A DNA stretch of 64,000 nucleotides from Octopus vulgaris (taxonomy: Eukaryota). The stretch is taken from contig OX597822.1 of the NCBI GenBank assembly GCA_951406725.2, positions 38,564,001 through 38,628,000 on the forward strand, written 5' to 3'. Positions 50,136 through 63,393 of the stretch are shown piece by piece (within the stretch, counting starts at the first letter, position 1; each line of letters begins with the position of its first letter). Made by a program: the position numbers and the translations under genes. The notes under the pieces are model-generated. The model did not search any database and was not told the origin of the DNA. It saw only the letters and a program-made list of their open reading frames with translations.

Positions 50136-50899
50136 TATGTATATGAATATATGTGTCTGTGTATGTAAATGATGAGAAGGGAGTGAGAAAGAGAGACGGG
50201 AGAGATGCAAGAGAAAGAGAGAGGGGAGAGAGAAAGAGGGGAGTGAGAGTGAGAGGAGAGAGATGCTGTACCCTCCCCTTCCACACACACTCTTATGTAA
50301 CTAAACATCATCCAGGGTGACACTGTGGACATTGGTGAGACCATCTCCTACAACACATACACCTAACATTTCAGAATATGTCCCCTATATATTGATAGAA
50401 GAGAGGGAGAGAGGAGGAGAAAGAGAGAGAAGGAGAGAAAAAGAGAGTGACAAAGAGAGAGAGAGAATTGGTTGATCCATCTCAATGTCCTTGACATTCT
50501 CCTTTCTTTCTTTCTCTCTCACTAAATTGTAGGTGAGAATAGCAGCAAATGTTTATAAACATTACTGGGGATTTAACCAGCAGCTGCTGCCTCCTCTGCC
50601 ACCGCTGCTGCCACCGCCACCACCAATAACATGATTAAGGTCACAGCAAGGTTTTACTCCAAATCAATTATTCACTTATTGCTGCTTAGCCCCGGGTCAA
50701 CCACAAACCAGCAGAACTGTGATGAAGGGTATTCCATTAGTGACCAACATATCTGTAAATCTAGAATTATACATATATAATTGAGTACTGGGGTCAATTG
50801 CTTCAACTAAAAATTTTTCAAGGTAGTGCTCCAGCATGGCCACAGTGTAAAGGCTAAAACAAATAAAGATTATCTATCTATCTATCTATATATATATAT

Positions 50900-51105
50900 G
50901 CTTTTCTACTCTAAGCACAAGGTCCAAGATTTTGGGGGAGGGGGCCAGTCAATTAGTTTGACCCAGTACACGACTGGTACTTAATTTATTGACCCTGAAA
51001 GGATGAAAGGCAAAGTTGACCTTGGCGGAGTTTGAACTCAGAGACAGATGAAATACTGCCAAGCATTTCGCCCGGTGTGCTAATGTTTCTGCCAGCTTGC
51101 CGCCT
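50900..51105 (-). mobile_element. SINE family A
   Basis: Full head, core and tail in reverse. Confidence 0.85.
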
Positions 51106-51131
51106 TATCTATCTATCTATCTATCTATCTA

Positions 51132-51686
51132 TGAGGGTGAGTCAAAAAGTAATGCCACTTTGTCTAGGACAGGTATAATTACCAACACAGGAACATGTAT
51201 CATACAACAAAATGAAACTGGTCCTCTATGGATAAGATCCCTACTTCTCAACATAGTCACTTTTTCTCTCAATAGCAATGTTCCACCTTCGAATGAGAGC
51301 ATGTATCCCTGCCCTGTGAAATTCTGTTGAACGCTCTTTGAGCCACTTCTTCACTACAGTTTTCACTTCCTCGTCACTGGAATAATATTTGCCTATCAAA
51401 TCCTCTTTCATGGGGTCGAAGAGATGATAGTTTGAAGGCGCTAAATTATTCCAGTGATGATGAAGTGAAGAGTGGCTCAAAGAACAGTCAACAGAATTTT
51501 ATGGGGCAGGGATACATGCTCCCATTCAAAGGTGGAACATAGCTATTGAGAGAAACGGTGGCTATGTTGAGAAGTAGGGATGTGATCCACAGAGGACCAG
51601 CTTCATTTTGATGTATGACGCATGTTCCTGTGTTGGTAATTATACCTGTCCTAAACAAAATGGCATTACTTTTTGACTCACCCTCG
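51132..51686. mobile_element. Palindromic mariner-derived non-autonomous element
   Basis: TA|YGAGGGTGAGTCAAAAAGTAATGCCA TIRs with TA duplication; the minus strand encodes the mariner C-terminus LAPSNYHLFDPMKEDLIGKYYSSDEEVKTVVKKWLKERSTEFHRAGIHALIRRWNIAIERKSDYVEK*, and the same 3' end is repeated on the plus strand. Confidence 0.92.
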
Positions 51687-51785
<99 letters not shown>

Positions 51786-51829
51786 ACAGAGAGAGAGTCA
51801 AATGACTGAAACAAGTAGAAGAGTAAACA

Positions 51830-51884
<55 letters not shown>

Positions 51885-52462
51885 TGCACATAGCTGAAAG
51901 ACATTAAGGAGTCATTTGAGGGGAACTTTGCTGCCATTTCTAGCAGATTGAATGATTGTGTAGTATCCTGCCTTGCTGAACGTGTTATTTTAAAAGTTTG
52001 TTTTTAAGAGCAACCTAATATATAATTTTTACCAAAAGAAACGGTTTTAATGATCCTGTTTAATTTTAACCTAAGTACAAGGGTTTAAGGCTTGTTTAAT
52101 TTTCAGTGCTTCAATTCATCAGATATGTGGGAGTGGATGGGGGAAATGGCAATGTTGGTTACCAGGGGTTACAGAGGCTCACAACTGTTTATATGACAAG
52201 GTGTGTGAAGTTAAAGGTCAGTGGTATGATTGTATCACGGCAACTGAGTGGAGGACAGAGGGGACTCCCATTTGTGTGTTTGTGTGTGTAAAGGGATTAG
52301 CAAAGAAAAATCTGTTGTTGTCGTTGTACATAGCAGCCATTCTTGCAGCAATCTGTAATTAGAACTAGTAAAGTAGTAAAAAGTAAGTCTCCTGCACCTC
52401 ACTGTCTTGAGTCCCTAGGACTCATAAAGACCCTAACACTTAAAACATTTTGGTGCCCCCAT

Positions 52463-52750
52463 CAAAATCAAAATCAAATCAAACCACAATCAAATGGAAA
52501 TTGTAGTTGTGGCTGATGCCAGTGCTGCCTGACTGGCTCCCATGCTGGTAGCACGCAATAAGCACCATTCATTGCCAGTGCCACCTGACTGGCTCCCCAT
52601 GCCGGTGGCACATAAAAAGCACCATCCAAACGTGGTTGATGTTAGCTCCCTCACCCCGACTGGCTCTTGTGCCAGTGGCATGTAAAAAACCACCATCTGA
52701 ACATGGCTGATGCCAGGACCATCTGACTGGGTCCCATGCTGGTGGCATGT
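52463..52750 (+). mobile_element. Family C internal modules (~4-5 tandem units)
   Basis: GCCAGTGCY.CCTGACTGGCTCCC.TGC.GGTGGCAC.TAAAAAGCACCAT repeated. Confidence 0.8.
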
Positions 52751-52789
52751 TATTTTGCATAATGGTTAATCCAGTGCTGCCTGGGATTC

Positions 52790-53025
52790 ATAGGGCTGGT
52801 TACCTAGATTTCATGGGATTTAAATGACTGAGATCACGACATTGCTCCTGATCAGGATGCCATTTCATTGTAGGGTTACTCATTTACAGCTGAGAGAACT
52901 GGAGTGATGTGAAACAAAGTGTTTTGCCTAAGAACACAATGCACCGCCTAGTCTGGGAATCAAGACCACAATCTTCTGTGGCCTAATGGTTAGTGCAACT
53001 CCCTAACCATTAGATCACATGCCTC
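52790..53025 (-). mobile_element. tRNA-derived SINE family D
   Basis: Colinear with 7703-7918. Confidence 0.7.
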
Positions 53026-53084
53026 TACAATTCAAACTAGAGATCGGATCAAATGACAAAAATAGCAAACAGGCATTATTGGCA

Positions 53085-53460
53085 GACAGTGATCTGAGAC
53101 TAAACCACTTTGCTCTGATACTTGTCACTGGACACTAAGGCCAAACGATTGTGAAATGTGGTTTGACATTGAACTACATTGATCTGGTACCTATCTGTTA
53201 CTGACACCAGGGTTGACCATTTGGTGAACTAAAGCCTGAGATTGTATCATATTGATCTGGTACTTCATCAGACACCCAAGCTTACTGATTGGTGAATGTT
53301 GTCTGAGAGTAAATAACATTGATCTGTTGAACAAGTATTGTTATTGACATTTAATACCTGTTACTAACGATGTAGATCTAGTACCTGTTACTAAACAGCT
53401 TGATTGACTGTAGTCTGAGACTAAACCTATTACTGGCAGCTAGGTGGACAAGATTGGATC
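53085..53460. repeat. Degenerate ~70-bp tandem array
   Basis: TTGATCTGGTAC-like anchor at ~53110, 53179, 53252 and 53319, with GTCTGAGACTAAAC motifs; same family as 62376-62675. Confidence 0.7.
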
Positions 53461-54823
53461 ACAATGATCTCTTTCACTATTAAATTCTCCACTCTTTCCA
53501 CTCTTATCTGTTCTGAATCTGGGTTCAAATTTACCGCAGCCATGTCAATGTGTCTTTGACTCCCAGTCTGTGTTGCAGAGAGAGAAAGACACCACATTGG
53601 GTTGCAGAAAAAGAATTGGGAAGCGTCATAATAGTGGCTTACTAATGGCTTAATGGTCAGTGGCACAATACTAATACAATGGGCAGGAGCACATTAGTGG
53701 CTTAATGGCCAGTGGCTTACTAGTATTAAGTCAGAAACCACCAACAACAACAACACCACAGGAACATCTATACAGTTACCAAACATGCTAGAAATGGAAG
53801 CCGAATCTCTCTCAAACCACACACTTTTGTCTTGCAAAATAAGTGGCAGAGTAGCACACTAGATAATGTGGTCCTAGTAGATGTAAATAAAAGGCTGGGA
53901 TATTTGATCATGCTTGCTTCATTACGGCTGACCTAATGCTTAATAAAAACAACTACTACTACTGCTGCTGCTACTACAGATACCAAAATAAAACACACTA
54001 AGAAAATAAATTCAGATGCAAACACTTGTGTAATCTGGAACGTGTGTGTTTGTGTGTTCATGATGTGTCTGTGTAGGTGTAGTGTGTGAATGTGTGAAGT
54101 GTGAAAATCAAATAGTAGAATCCAGGGAAAAATGCGTGGGTCGGAGAAAAACCAAGAAAACAAAGTTGTTCCTTGTTCTGTCTTCTGCAAACACTCCACC
54201 ACTGTGACTGACGTCGTCATTATCATCATCATCATCACCGTCGTCATCATCACTGTCGTCGTCATCATCATCATCGTCGTCGTCATCATCATCTTCACCA
54301 CAGTTTCCATTGACACCACCACCACTGACATACATAGTCCCAACTAACATCGCACCCACATCTTCCCCACCATCACACCACCGCCACACCTCTGTGCACA
54401 CACATCCTCCCTGTTAATCCATTCTCCGCCACCATTCCATCAAAAGGTAAAAGAGTGAATTGATTAAAAAAGATAGACTTCAGAAGAAGTTCCACTTCAA
54501 AACTCCCCACATGAGTTATATATCAGTTCATACCAGCACCTCAAAGGGGCTGCAAGGCCCCAGTGTGGCCCCCACCCCTCAGCAGTCACAATAATCACCA
54601 ATCCACAGAGGTAAGAGCAGCATCAAACAACCATCGCCACCACCACTGCCTAAACCATCATTGCTGCTGCCGACAGGTAGTACCTTACAACCCAGAGAAA
54701 AGGATCACTAGCAAAAGGAGTGGGGAAGGAAGGGCTTGGCAGTTCAAAGTAAATTTTATTACAAAAAGTGAAGTGTGTGTGTGTTTTATGTGTGAGTAAA
54801 GATACACAGAAACACATATGTAC

Positions 54824-54868
<45 letters not shown>

Positions 54869-55020
54869 AACTGTCTGTCTGTGTGTCTATCTATTTAAAT
54901 GTCTGTGTGTCTATCTACCTACCTATCTATCCATCTATCTATCTAACTGTCTGTGTGTCTATCTATCTATCTATCTATCTATCTAATGTCTGTGTGTCTA
55001 TCTACCTATCTATCTATCCA
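54824..55020. repeat. (ATCT)n with interspersed GTCTGTGT higher-order units
   Basis: Directly visible. Confidence 0.9.
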
Positions 55021-56461
55021 TCTTCTTACACTGTACGTGTGCGTGTAGAATGGAGTGAATTAAGCTGGACAGAATGGATGAGAGACCAGTTGATATATGC
55101 ATATGTGTGCGCGCGTGCAGTTGTGTACACTCACACGCAAATATAAAATGAGTGCACATATACTGAATAATGATTAAGATAGTGCAATAAATAGACATTT
55201 CTAAATAACCTTGTAGATGAATACAAAACAAGAATGAAAACATAAATAACTTACTAATATCTATGTACACACACATACACACAAAGTAATTTGCATATTT
55301 TTCTATGTATACATTTATATATACTTTATAACATAGACGTATTGAGAGCTGTGTGTGAATGTGTAAAATACACACTTTTCATGTTAAAACAGTTTGTGTA
55401 TGTGCAGACAGGATGATAGAATGTATGTTATCAAAAAAACGAAAAGCGTATAATGAAGCTGATTATAAAAGCTTTCCGGACATACACTGCTGTGATGATG
55501 GTGATGATAGTGGTGACGGTGGTGGTGGTGAGCATGATGGTGATGTTGATGATGACGATGATAATGATGACGATGTTGATGGTGGCAGTAGTGGTGGTGG
55601 TGATGACAGTGATTAAATTAGAATAAAAGTCTTCGTTTCAACTGAGTAAAAACGAGCAAAGTCAGTCTGTCAAAACAGGTGTGTGTGTGTGTGTGTGTGC
55701 ATGCATATGTGTGTATGCATGTGTGTGTGCATGCGTGTAAACACAAAATAAATACATACAAATTTTCTTAAATTCGGTACTTAAAAAGTTAGAATTGGTT
55801 CACATTTTCTAAGGATAAATGGATTAATATACACCCTTGCACACATACATACACAAATGCATGCATGTGCATACAAATAACACACATACACACACACATA
55901 CATACATGCATACAGACATACACACATATGTGCCTCTTAAACTGTATTTCCGACACAGATGAATTCATGAGAAGAAGATCTATTAGAGAGAGAATTTTAT
56001 CGATAAATCTTTTTATAGCTCTGTTTACAACATGGTATGTGAGATTAGGTAACTATAAAGAGACTTGTCTAAGCTTTCAGACTGACTGGTCTTACAAATT
56101 GTTACTGCAGACATCATTCACACACACACACACATACACACCCACCCACATACAAATCCCCCCCACACACACACACTGCGTCTATGTATGTGTGCAAATA
56201 CTAGGTTATTGTGAGTCAATCTGCATACACAGACACACACACCACACTTATTTATATATACATATATTTGTTTATGTCATGCATTTGTGGACAGTAGCAT
56301 TGTGGGATATGTTTCCAACAGGCCAATTGCCAGTCCACTACATTTCCTACGAAGAGAACAACAAGAAATGTTTGTAAACACATTCTGTGAAAGCCTGTAT
56401 CATTGTTGGCTCAGATAGCTTTTGTGACAACCCCTGGAAGTTTCGTTCTACATTCTGATAG

Positions 56462-56670
56462 TCATCATTCTATAGAGGGTTAGTAGAGGCCAAGAGTGAC
56501 GACATTCTGGGGGAAACCCTGGGCTTTGACGATAGTCACCTTGCTGGTTTGTTCTGATGGATAACTTCCAAAAGTCACTGGCTTGGCAATGTTACCGAGA
56601 AGCCTTACCAGTTCGAGACAAACTCACCAGGCACGGATCTTCATGCCAGCCCACATGCCCAAGAAAGTGG
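56462..56670 (+). mobile_element. Tx1/L1-clade LINE ORF2 fragment (region before the zinc knuckle)
   Basis: FYRGLVEAKSDDILGETLGFDDSHLAGLF / MDNFQKSLAWQCYREALPVRDKLTRHGSSCQPTCPR matches the W......LP....L...G......CP.C motif. Confidence 0.75.
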
Positions 56671-56940
56671 TATACATGTTGAGAGTGGATGTATCTACTT
56701 AAGGAATGACAAAGGTTCTGAAAAGGTCTAGTGGTGGACCATTTTATTTATTATAAATTTGTAAAAATACCATTTATCATTCATTGACGAATCTCCCCTG
56801 GCCCCTGTGTATTCAACCTCTATGGTTAATAAAAGAAATCAGTTCTGATAGTCATGTGTAAAAAGCTTCTGTCAAGCATGTAGGTCTTAGAAGCAGTAAT
56901 TGAGAGGCCATGAGCCAGCATGAATGTGATAGTCTTTGTA

Positions 56941-57140
56941 TGAAGAGGTGCTGAAAAATTCCTGGCTTTAAGGATATCATGAAAGGCCTAGTTGGAGACC
57001 CAAACTTCCAAGTTCTTTTACATGGCTTAAAAAAGCTGAAGGACTATTGCAATAAGTGTATGAATCTGTTGCATAAAATCATAACTTAACCTCCTGTATT
57101 TTCTTTTGCCCAAAGCCAGGAACTTTTCAGCACCCCATCA
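56941..57140 (+). mobile_element. Mariner-derived MITE
   Basis: TA|TGAAGAGGTGCTGAAAAATTCCTGGCTTT ... AAAGCCAGGAACTTTTCAGCACCCCATCA|TA; internal FFLHGLKKLKDYCNKCMNL resembles a mariner C-terminus. Confidence 0.85.
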
Positions 57141-58021
57141 TAAAACACTCACTGTTTTACTGAGTTCTGATTGACTGTGCTTGAAGTGTACTTTATAGAA
57201 ACCTTATTCCTGTAGCAACCTACCTCATCATTATCATACCTTGCTTTCATACACATTTGTTTCTGAAGTATTCATACATACACAATAAAGGTTTACACAC
57301 ACAAACATAAAATACTATATTTTCTGGCATGCAAGTCAATGTTGTACATAGTATAAGCATTCAAACATCATCACTATATTTCCAATTCTTGCAGCATTTC
57401 ACATGGAATTTTTTGCCCTCCAAATTTATCTTGGTGTGTAAGTCAACCTACCTTATTTTTGGATGTAAAGTTTGGTCTGAAAAGTTTGACTTAAGTGTCA
57501 AAAAATACAGTATTCAATATGATAGTAGGATGAAATATAATACATCTCTTAATGATAATACATCCTAACTCCAAGTTTCACACATAACCAGTGCCAAGCA
57601 ATCAACCAAATTACTTAAATATTGTGTATAATGCCAGAATGAAGGATTTCATAAAACACATTCTGGAGTTAAAATATAAAGGGTATAAGACACTGCATAT
57701 TAACATTGTTTGGGGCAAGGTATATCAAAATATTAGAAATATAGCTGAAAGTGGTGGTGGTGGCGGTGGCGACGGCAGCAGTAGTAGTAGTAGTAGTAGT
57801 AGATTTCTAGTGAAGTTATTGTCAAAGTGGTTCAATAGTCAGAAGCATTATATAGACTGTAAATCTCAAACTCATATTAAAACCAAGACTGGATAAAATA
57901 GTGGAGTCAATATTTCTGTAAATAATGAATTATCGACTCTTCATACATATATAATGTATCTGAGAACTATACTGAGTTGTGGCCAACTAGATATCAGTTT
58001 AAGATTTATAGTGTATGTATA

Positions 58022-58052
<31 letters not shown>

Positions 58053-58114
58053 TTGTATATACATATACACACGTATATATGTATATCCATAAACATGTAT
58101 AAATATGTATATTC

Positions 58115-58378
58115 GTTTTCTTATTTCAGTCATTTGACTGCAGCCATGCTGGAGCACCACCTTTAGTCGAACAAATTGACCCAAGGACTAATTATTTGTA
58201 AGCCTAGTACTTATGCTATTGGTCTCTTTTTCTGAACTGCTAAGTTACAGGGACATAAATACACCAACATTACTTGTCAAGCAATGGTAGGGGAAACAAA
58301 CAAAGATATACAAATACATACATAAATATATATATATATATGACGGGCTTCTTTCAGTTTCCATCTACCAAATCCATA
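58115..58378 (-). mobile_element. SINE family B (5'-truncated)
   Basis: Reverse complement of family B tail and body. Confidence 0.8.
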
Positions 58379-58383
58379 TATAT

Positions 58384-58692
58384 GTGAGGACGTATTGCCT
58401 AAAGGTTAGGGTTTTGCACTCATAATTGTGAGATTGTAGTTTCAATTCCTAAGCCAGGTGGTTTGTTGTGCTCTAAGTAAAACACTTCATCACACAATCA
58501 CATATTGCTCTGTAATCACTTCGACACCTGACACATGGTTCACTGTGCACCTGTTCAGGTGATGTTGATTTGATGGAGGGAGTGAGCTAACATACAGCAC
58601 ATACATTTGATTACTGTAAACAAATCATCTATGCAGCTCATTCAACAGAAGCTGAAAACTGATACGTCATCTTCAACAGGAGAGTCCATCGT
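58384..58692 (+). mobile_element. tRNA-derived SINE (family D-like head, distinct tail)
   Basis: Head TTGCCTAAAGGTTAGGG...AGTTTCAATTCC; body shared with 2110-2255. Confidence 0.6.
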
Positions 58693-58699
58693 ATATATA

Positions 58700-59202
58700 T
58701 CATCATCATCATCGTTTAATGTTCGCTTTCCATGCTAGCATGGGTTGGACGATTTGACTAAGGTCTGGCGAACCAGATGGCTACACCAGGCTCCAATCTG
58801 ATGTGGCAGAGTTTTTACAGCCGAATGCCCTTCCTAATGCCAACCACTCTGAGAGTGTAGTGGGTGCTTTTACATGCCACTGGCATGAAGGCATGTCAGG
58901 TGGTACTGGCAACGGCCATGTTCAAATGGTGTTTTACGTGCCACCTGCACAGGAGCCAGTCCAGCGGGACCGGCAACGACCTCACTGGAATGTTTTTTCA
59001 CGTGCCTCCAGCACAAGTGCCAGTTAGGTGACGCAGGTAACAATCACACTCAAATGGTGCTTTTTACGTGCCACCGGCATGAAAGCCAGTTTGTTGCTCT
59101 GGCAATGATCACGCTCGGATGGTGCTCCACTAGCATGGATGCCAGTCATCGAACTTGATTTCGATTTTGATTTCACTTGCCTCAACAGGTCTTCGCAAGC
59201 AC
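58700..59202 (-). mobile_element. Family C element
   Basis: Reverse complement of 25505-25956. Confidence 0.85.
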
Positions 59203-59232
59203 AACAACTCTCTCTCTCTATATATATATATA

Positions 59233-59465
59233 AACTAGTGTACGTTTAAGCACAAAGAGGCAAGCCATAACAGGTTCCCTGACATACTAGAAAGACCAGT
59301 CAAAAAGTCCAAACTACAGTACATGGGTAAAAACATGGTACATGTTTTTATTTTCATTCCCTTCAAAATTGCTCTTAACTGTGGTTTGGACTTTTTGACT
59401 GGTCTTTCTAGTATGTCAGGCAACATGTTAAGGCTCGCCTCTTTATGCTTAAATGTACACTAATT
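59233..59465. repeat. Long hairpin (~88-bp arms, ~57-bp loop)
   Basis: CCTGACATACTAGAAAGACCAGTCAAAAAGTCCAAAC pairs perfectly with GTTTGGACTTTTTGACTGGTCTTTCTAGTATGTCAGG; the arms extend with mismatches to 59233-59320 and 59378-59465. Confidence 0.9.
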
Positions 59466-59985
59466 TTTATACGAAAAATATGTCTATTGACATTGTATAC
59501 ATACTAGGCCACTGGTAGAAAAAATTTCTATAATTTTTCATACCCTGTATTAATTATATATATATATAAATAGGTTGAGCCATTCTCTTGCTCAACGATG
59601 ATGATGATGATGATATATATACGATGGACTCTCCCGTTGAAGATGATGTATCAGTTTTCAGCTTCTGCTGAATGAGCTGCACAAATGATTTGTTTACAGT
59701 AATCAAATGCATCCATAGGTGCACAGGATCTAGAGGCAAGTTATGACTGGAAATTGATGGGGTTTGCATATTTATGTATGGTTTTCTTGTCACAGAGTGT
59801 GGTAATGGAAAGAAAATATGATAAAGAAGGAAAAAAAGGAAGAAACAAAAGGGAAGAAAGAAGAAAAAGAGAAAAGAGGGAAAAGAGATGAGAGTAATAG
59901 AAAAATTGAAAAGAGAATACGAAAAAAAATCTCTGTTATTGAGCACTCTTTTTCTGATAGTTAACACTAAACATACACACACACA

Positions 59986-60019
<34 letters not shown>

Positions 60020-60862
60020 TACATGATTGTTTATGAGAAAACGTGAGTGGTATGTACAACAAGTCAGCTATGAGTGTGTGTATGGAGGGGAGGGGTACAG
60101 TAGCATACTGTGTGTTGGTATGAATGACAACAAATCTCTTATGAAGAAATGATAGGTGTAGTGGTAGTGGTGGCGGTGATGATAGCCATGATTACAGTTA
60201 TCAGATGAGACAAAGATCCTGTGTTTGGCGTGGAAAATGTTTTGTTCCTTGTCATATATATTCTGTAAATAATAATAATAATAATAATCATATTTATAAG
60301 CTTTAAGCCCTTGATGGAAAAGAGTGGGTTCCATCTAGGGCTTATATGCCTCAATATTAGAGTATTTTCTTTAGTCAAAACATGGTGAATGCCTATAAGT
60401 TTAAAGCTTATAATTACCATTATCATTTACAGAATTTTCACTCATCACTGTTTCTTCATTTAACATAAATATATATTAGTAAGAAAGAATGTACAAGTGA
60501 AACATGTGGCAACCCTTTAAAGCATGTAATTTATAATTCAAACATAATTGCAGAGTTGTTAGAGTAAATAAGGGATTAAAAAATAATGCCCAGTCTTTTA
60601 CAGCTGTTTCTAGAATAGCTGTGTATATAGTACATAAGTCATTGGGTAAAGATTTCCACATAAGCCAACTATTCCATCTCCAGAGAGGAAGAATCAGGGA
60701 ATAATCTTAATGAAGGATATTAGTAGAAATTAATCCCAATGTTAAAGATTTAAGGAATATCCTGAGTAAAATGAAATAGTAGTTACCAATTACATCATTG
60801 AAGAAATATGGAATATTCTTAGTTTCATTGTCAAAGAGAAATCATACAAAATAACAAAGGCA

Positions 60863-61004
60863 ATTATTTACATTTGACAGATATTTGTCCTCATCTTGTT
60901 TGTTAACACAATGTTTCAGCTGATATACCCTCCAGCCTTCATCAGGTGTCTTGGGGAAATTTCGAACCTGGGTTCTCATTCCTAAGGTATTTTTCAATGT
61001 TGTT

Positions 61005-61046
<42 letters not shown>

Positions 61047-61149
61047 GTTATTGTTATTATTATTATTCAGGTCATTGCCCGGAATCGAACTCGGAATCAT
61101 GGGGTGAGTAGCCCATGCTATTAACCACTATGCCATATGCCCGTGGGCA
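60863..61149 (-). mobile_element. tRNA-head/(AAT)n/hammerhead repeat, near full length
   Basis: Minus strand: A-box TGGCATAGTGGTT, B-box GAGTTCGATTCC, (AAT)n spacer, then GACAC-CTGATGA-AGGCTG...CAGCT-GAAA-CATT-GTGTT (60950-60905). Confidence 0.85.
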
Positions 61150-62375
61150 ATGTTGAGGGGAACAGATATACACACAGACACAGAGACACAATTGATCAAC
61201 CATCTATTACTATCCTTTATTTACCCCCCCCCCTACACTTTATAATGAGGTAGAGTTGGGGTGGAACTATATGGTGGTGGTGCTGGTAGTAGTTTAACAC
61301 CAGGTCTGTTTCGATCAAGTAAACTATTAGAATCCAGTTATGACCATCCCTATTCTGTTTTCAATTTGTTTATTTTTTTTTTGTGTCAGTCAAGAACTAT
61401 GATGATCAGTGTGTACTTCCTTCTCTAAAACAGTAGGGATACAGCTGCTATTTCTAGCAGTTTCAAGTAGTTGTATAGAGGCTCTTTTATTAAGTTAGTA
61501 GTGGTGGTGGTGGCGGTGGGAGTACATCAGCTGAAGTGGTGGTGGTAGCAGTGGTCAGGGGGGGGGTGTAAATAAACCTGCCCAGTTTAGTATTCATTAC
61601 CTAATGACTTTTCTACACACAATCTCAGCTACAACAACAACAACAAATACAATAACAGATTTTTGAAAAAACTGGTTTGGCAAGTGATAGTGGGAGGAGG
61701 GAGCAAAAGGTGGTAGTAGATGGTGGAATTAAAATAGTTGAAGATGAACGGGGTGGGGAGGGGGAAGGGGTGAAAAGGGATGAGTAAGGGGACAGTTTTG
61801 GTCAGAGACAGCTCTAAATGGTAATGAACAACAGAGGCTACCATGAAAATATATCACTGTGTTGCTGGGGGTTTACTGGGGGTGGGACACGTGTGCGCAC
61901 GCGTGCACACACACATACATGTATACATTTACATATAATACACACACTCATACTTATACATACTCATATATATGTGTATATGTGTGTGTGCATATATGCA
62001 TTTACACACACAGTTGTATATACATAGACATACATGTATACACACACACACACAGAGACACAGATGCACTCATGTATAGACATACACATGTATACACACA
62101 AACACAGATATAAACAAACACACACACACACAATGATAGAACAGAATACAAGGGAAATGGTGATATCGGCATTTACAAGACTTGAATTAATTGGGAAAAA
62201 CAACAGAAAGGGTACAATAAAACTGCAATGGGAAGTGGAATATCCAACATTTCAGATAATATCTTTCTTTAGGGTTAAAATGAGAAGAGACGAAAAGAAG
62301 AAGAAAAGACAGCCTTTTTGTGTAAGCAACTGGCTGCAATTGATGGGGAACACAAAATAACAAATTTGCATACAT

Positions 62376-62675
62376 CGACCTATTACTGACAGCTAGGTGA
62401 GCTGATTGGGAAACTGTGGTCTGAAGCTAAACTAATTGATCTGGAGCTTATTGACAACTAAATGAATTGATTAGATTGTGGTTTTAAACTGAAATATATT
62501 GATCATCTATCTATGATTGATATCTGGGTGAACTGATTAGTCTGTGGTCTGAGGCTGATTTATATTGATCTGGTACCTATTATTGACATCTGGGTGAAGT
62601 GATTTGTGGACTGTGGTCTAAGACTGAACCATCATTTATGAGGTACCTATTTCTGAGAGCTGAGTAAACTGAATC
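62376..62675. repeat. Degenerate ~65-bp tandem array
   Basis: TTGATC anchor at ~62436, 62499 and 62565; unit ~CTGTGGTCTGAG.CT.A...ATTGATCTGGTACCTATTATTGACATCTGGGTGAACTGATT. Confidence 0.75.
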
Positions 62676-62779
62676 AAGACAGAGTAAACTCTTTATTCCA
62701 AGAAGCACAAATCAATTTTGAAATAGATCTGAATGCACAACTGGAGAGTATTCAACCCGACACCTCAGCTAATATATAT

Positions 62780-63368
62780 ACGAAGCTGGATTTCGCTGGA
62801 TGGGTAATGGCAGTGTGTATGCATCATAATGTAAATGATTTAAGAGGAAAACTGGGTATAAGAGGCATCAGATGTTGTGTGCAAGAGAGAAGACTGTACT
62901 GGTTTGGTCATGTGATGCATATGGATGAGGGCATCTGTGTAAAGAAGTGCTGAGCTCTAATTGTGGAGGGTACCTATGGAAAGGGTGGACCCAGGAAGAT
63001 GTGGGACAAAGTGGTGAGAAAGGATCTTCGAATGCTGGGCTTTACTGAGGAAATGACAAAGGACTGGGAGATTTAGTGATTTGCTGTGCTTGTTAAGATG
63101 TGTCGAGCTAAGTAAAATTGCTGCCCTCCACACATGCAGGGTTGTCCTTTCAGGTGCCAGTGCTATGTAAATGTACCTGTGCTGGTAGCACATAAAAAGC
63201 ACCCAGCACACTCTGTTACGTGGTTGGTGTTAGGAAGGGCATCCGGCTGTAAAAACCATGTCAAAACAGACAGTTGGTGTCTGAACAGCTCCCTGTTAGC
63301 CAGCTCCATGTCAAACTGTCCAACCCATGCCAGCATGGAAAGAGGACGTTAAACAATGATGATGATGA
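62780..63368 (+). mobile_element. RTE LINE 3' end (ORF terminus, 3' UTR, (GAT)n tail)
   Basis: LRGKLGIRGIRCCVQERRLYWFGHVMHMDEGICVKKC*ALIVEGTYGKGGPRKMWDKVVRKDLRMLG; the UTR equals the family C tail. Confidence 0.9.
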
Positions 63369-63393
63369 TATATATATATATATATATATATAT

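Noticed and set aside
55959-56034. Possible plus-strand exon (ACAG|ATG...CATG|GTATGT; EFMRRRSIRERILSINLFIALFTT)
   Set aside because: Weak pyrimidine tract, unrecognised peptide and no partner exons; needs RNA-seq.
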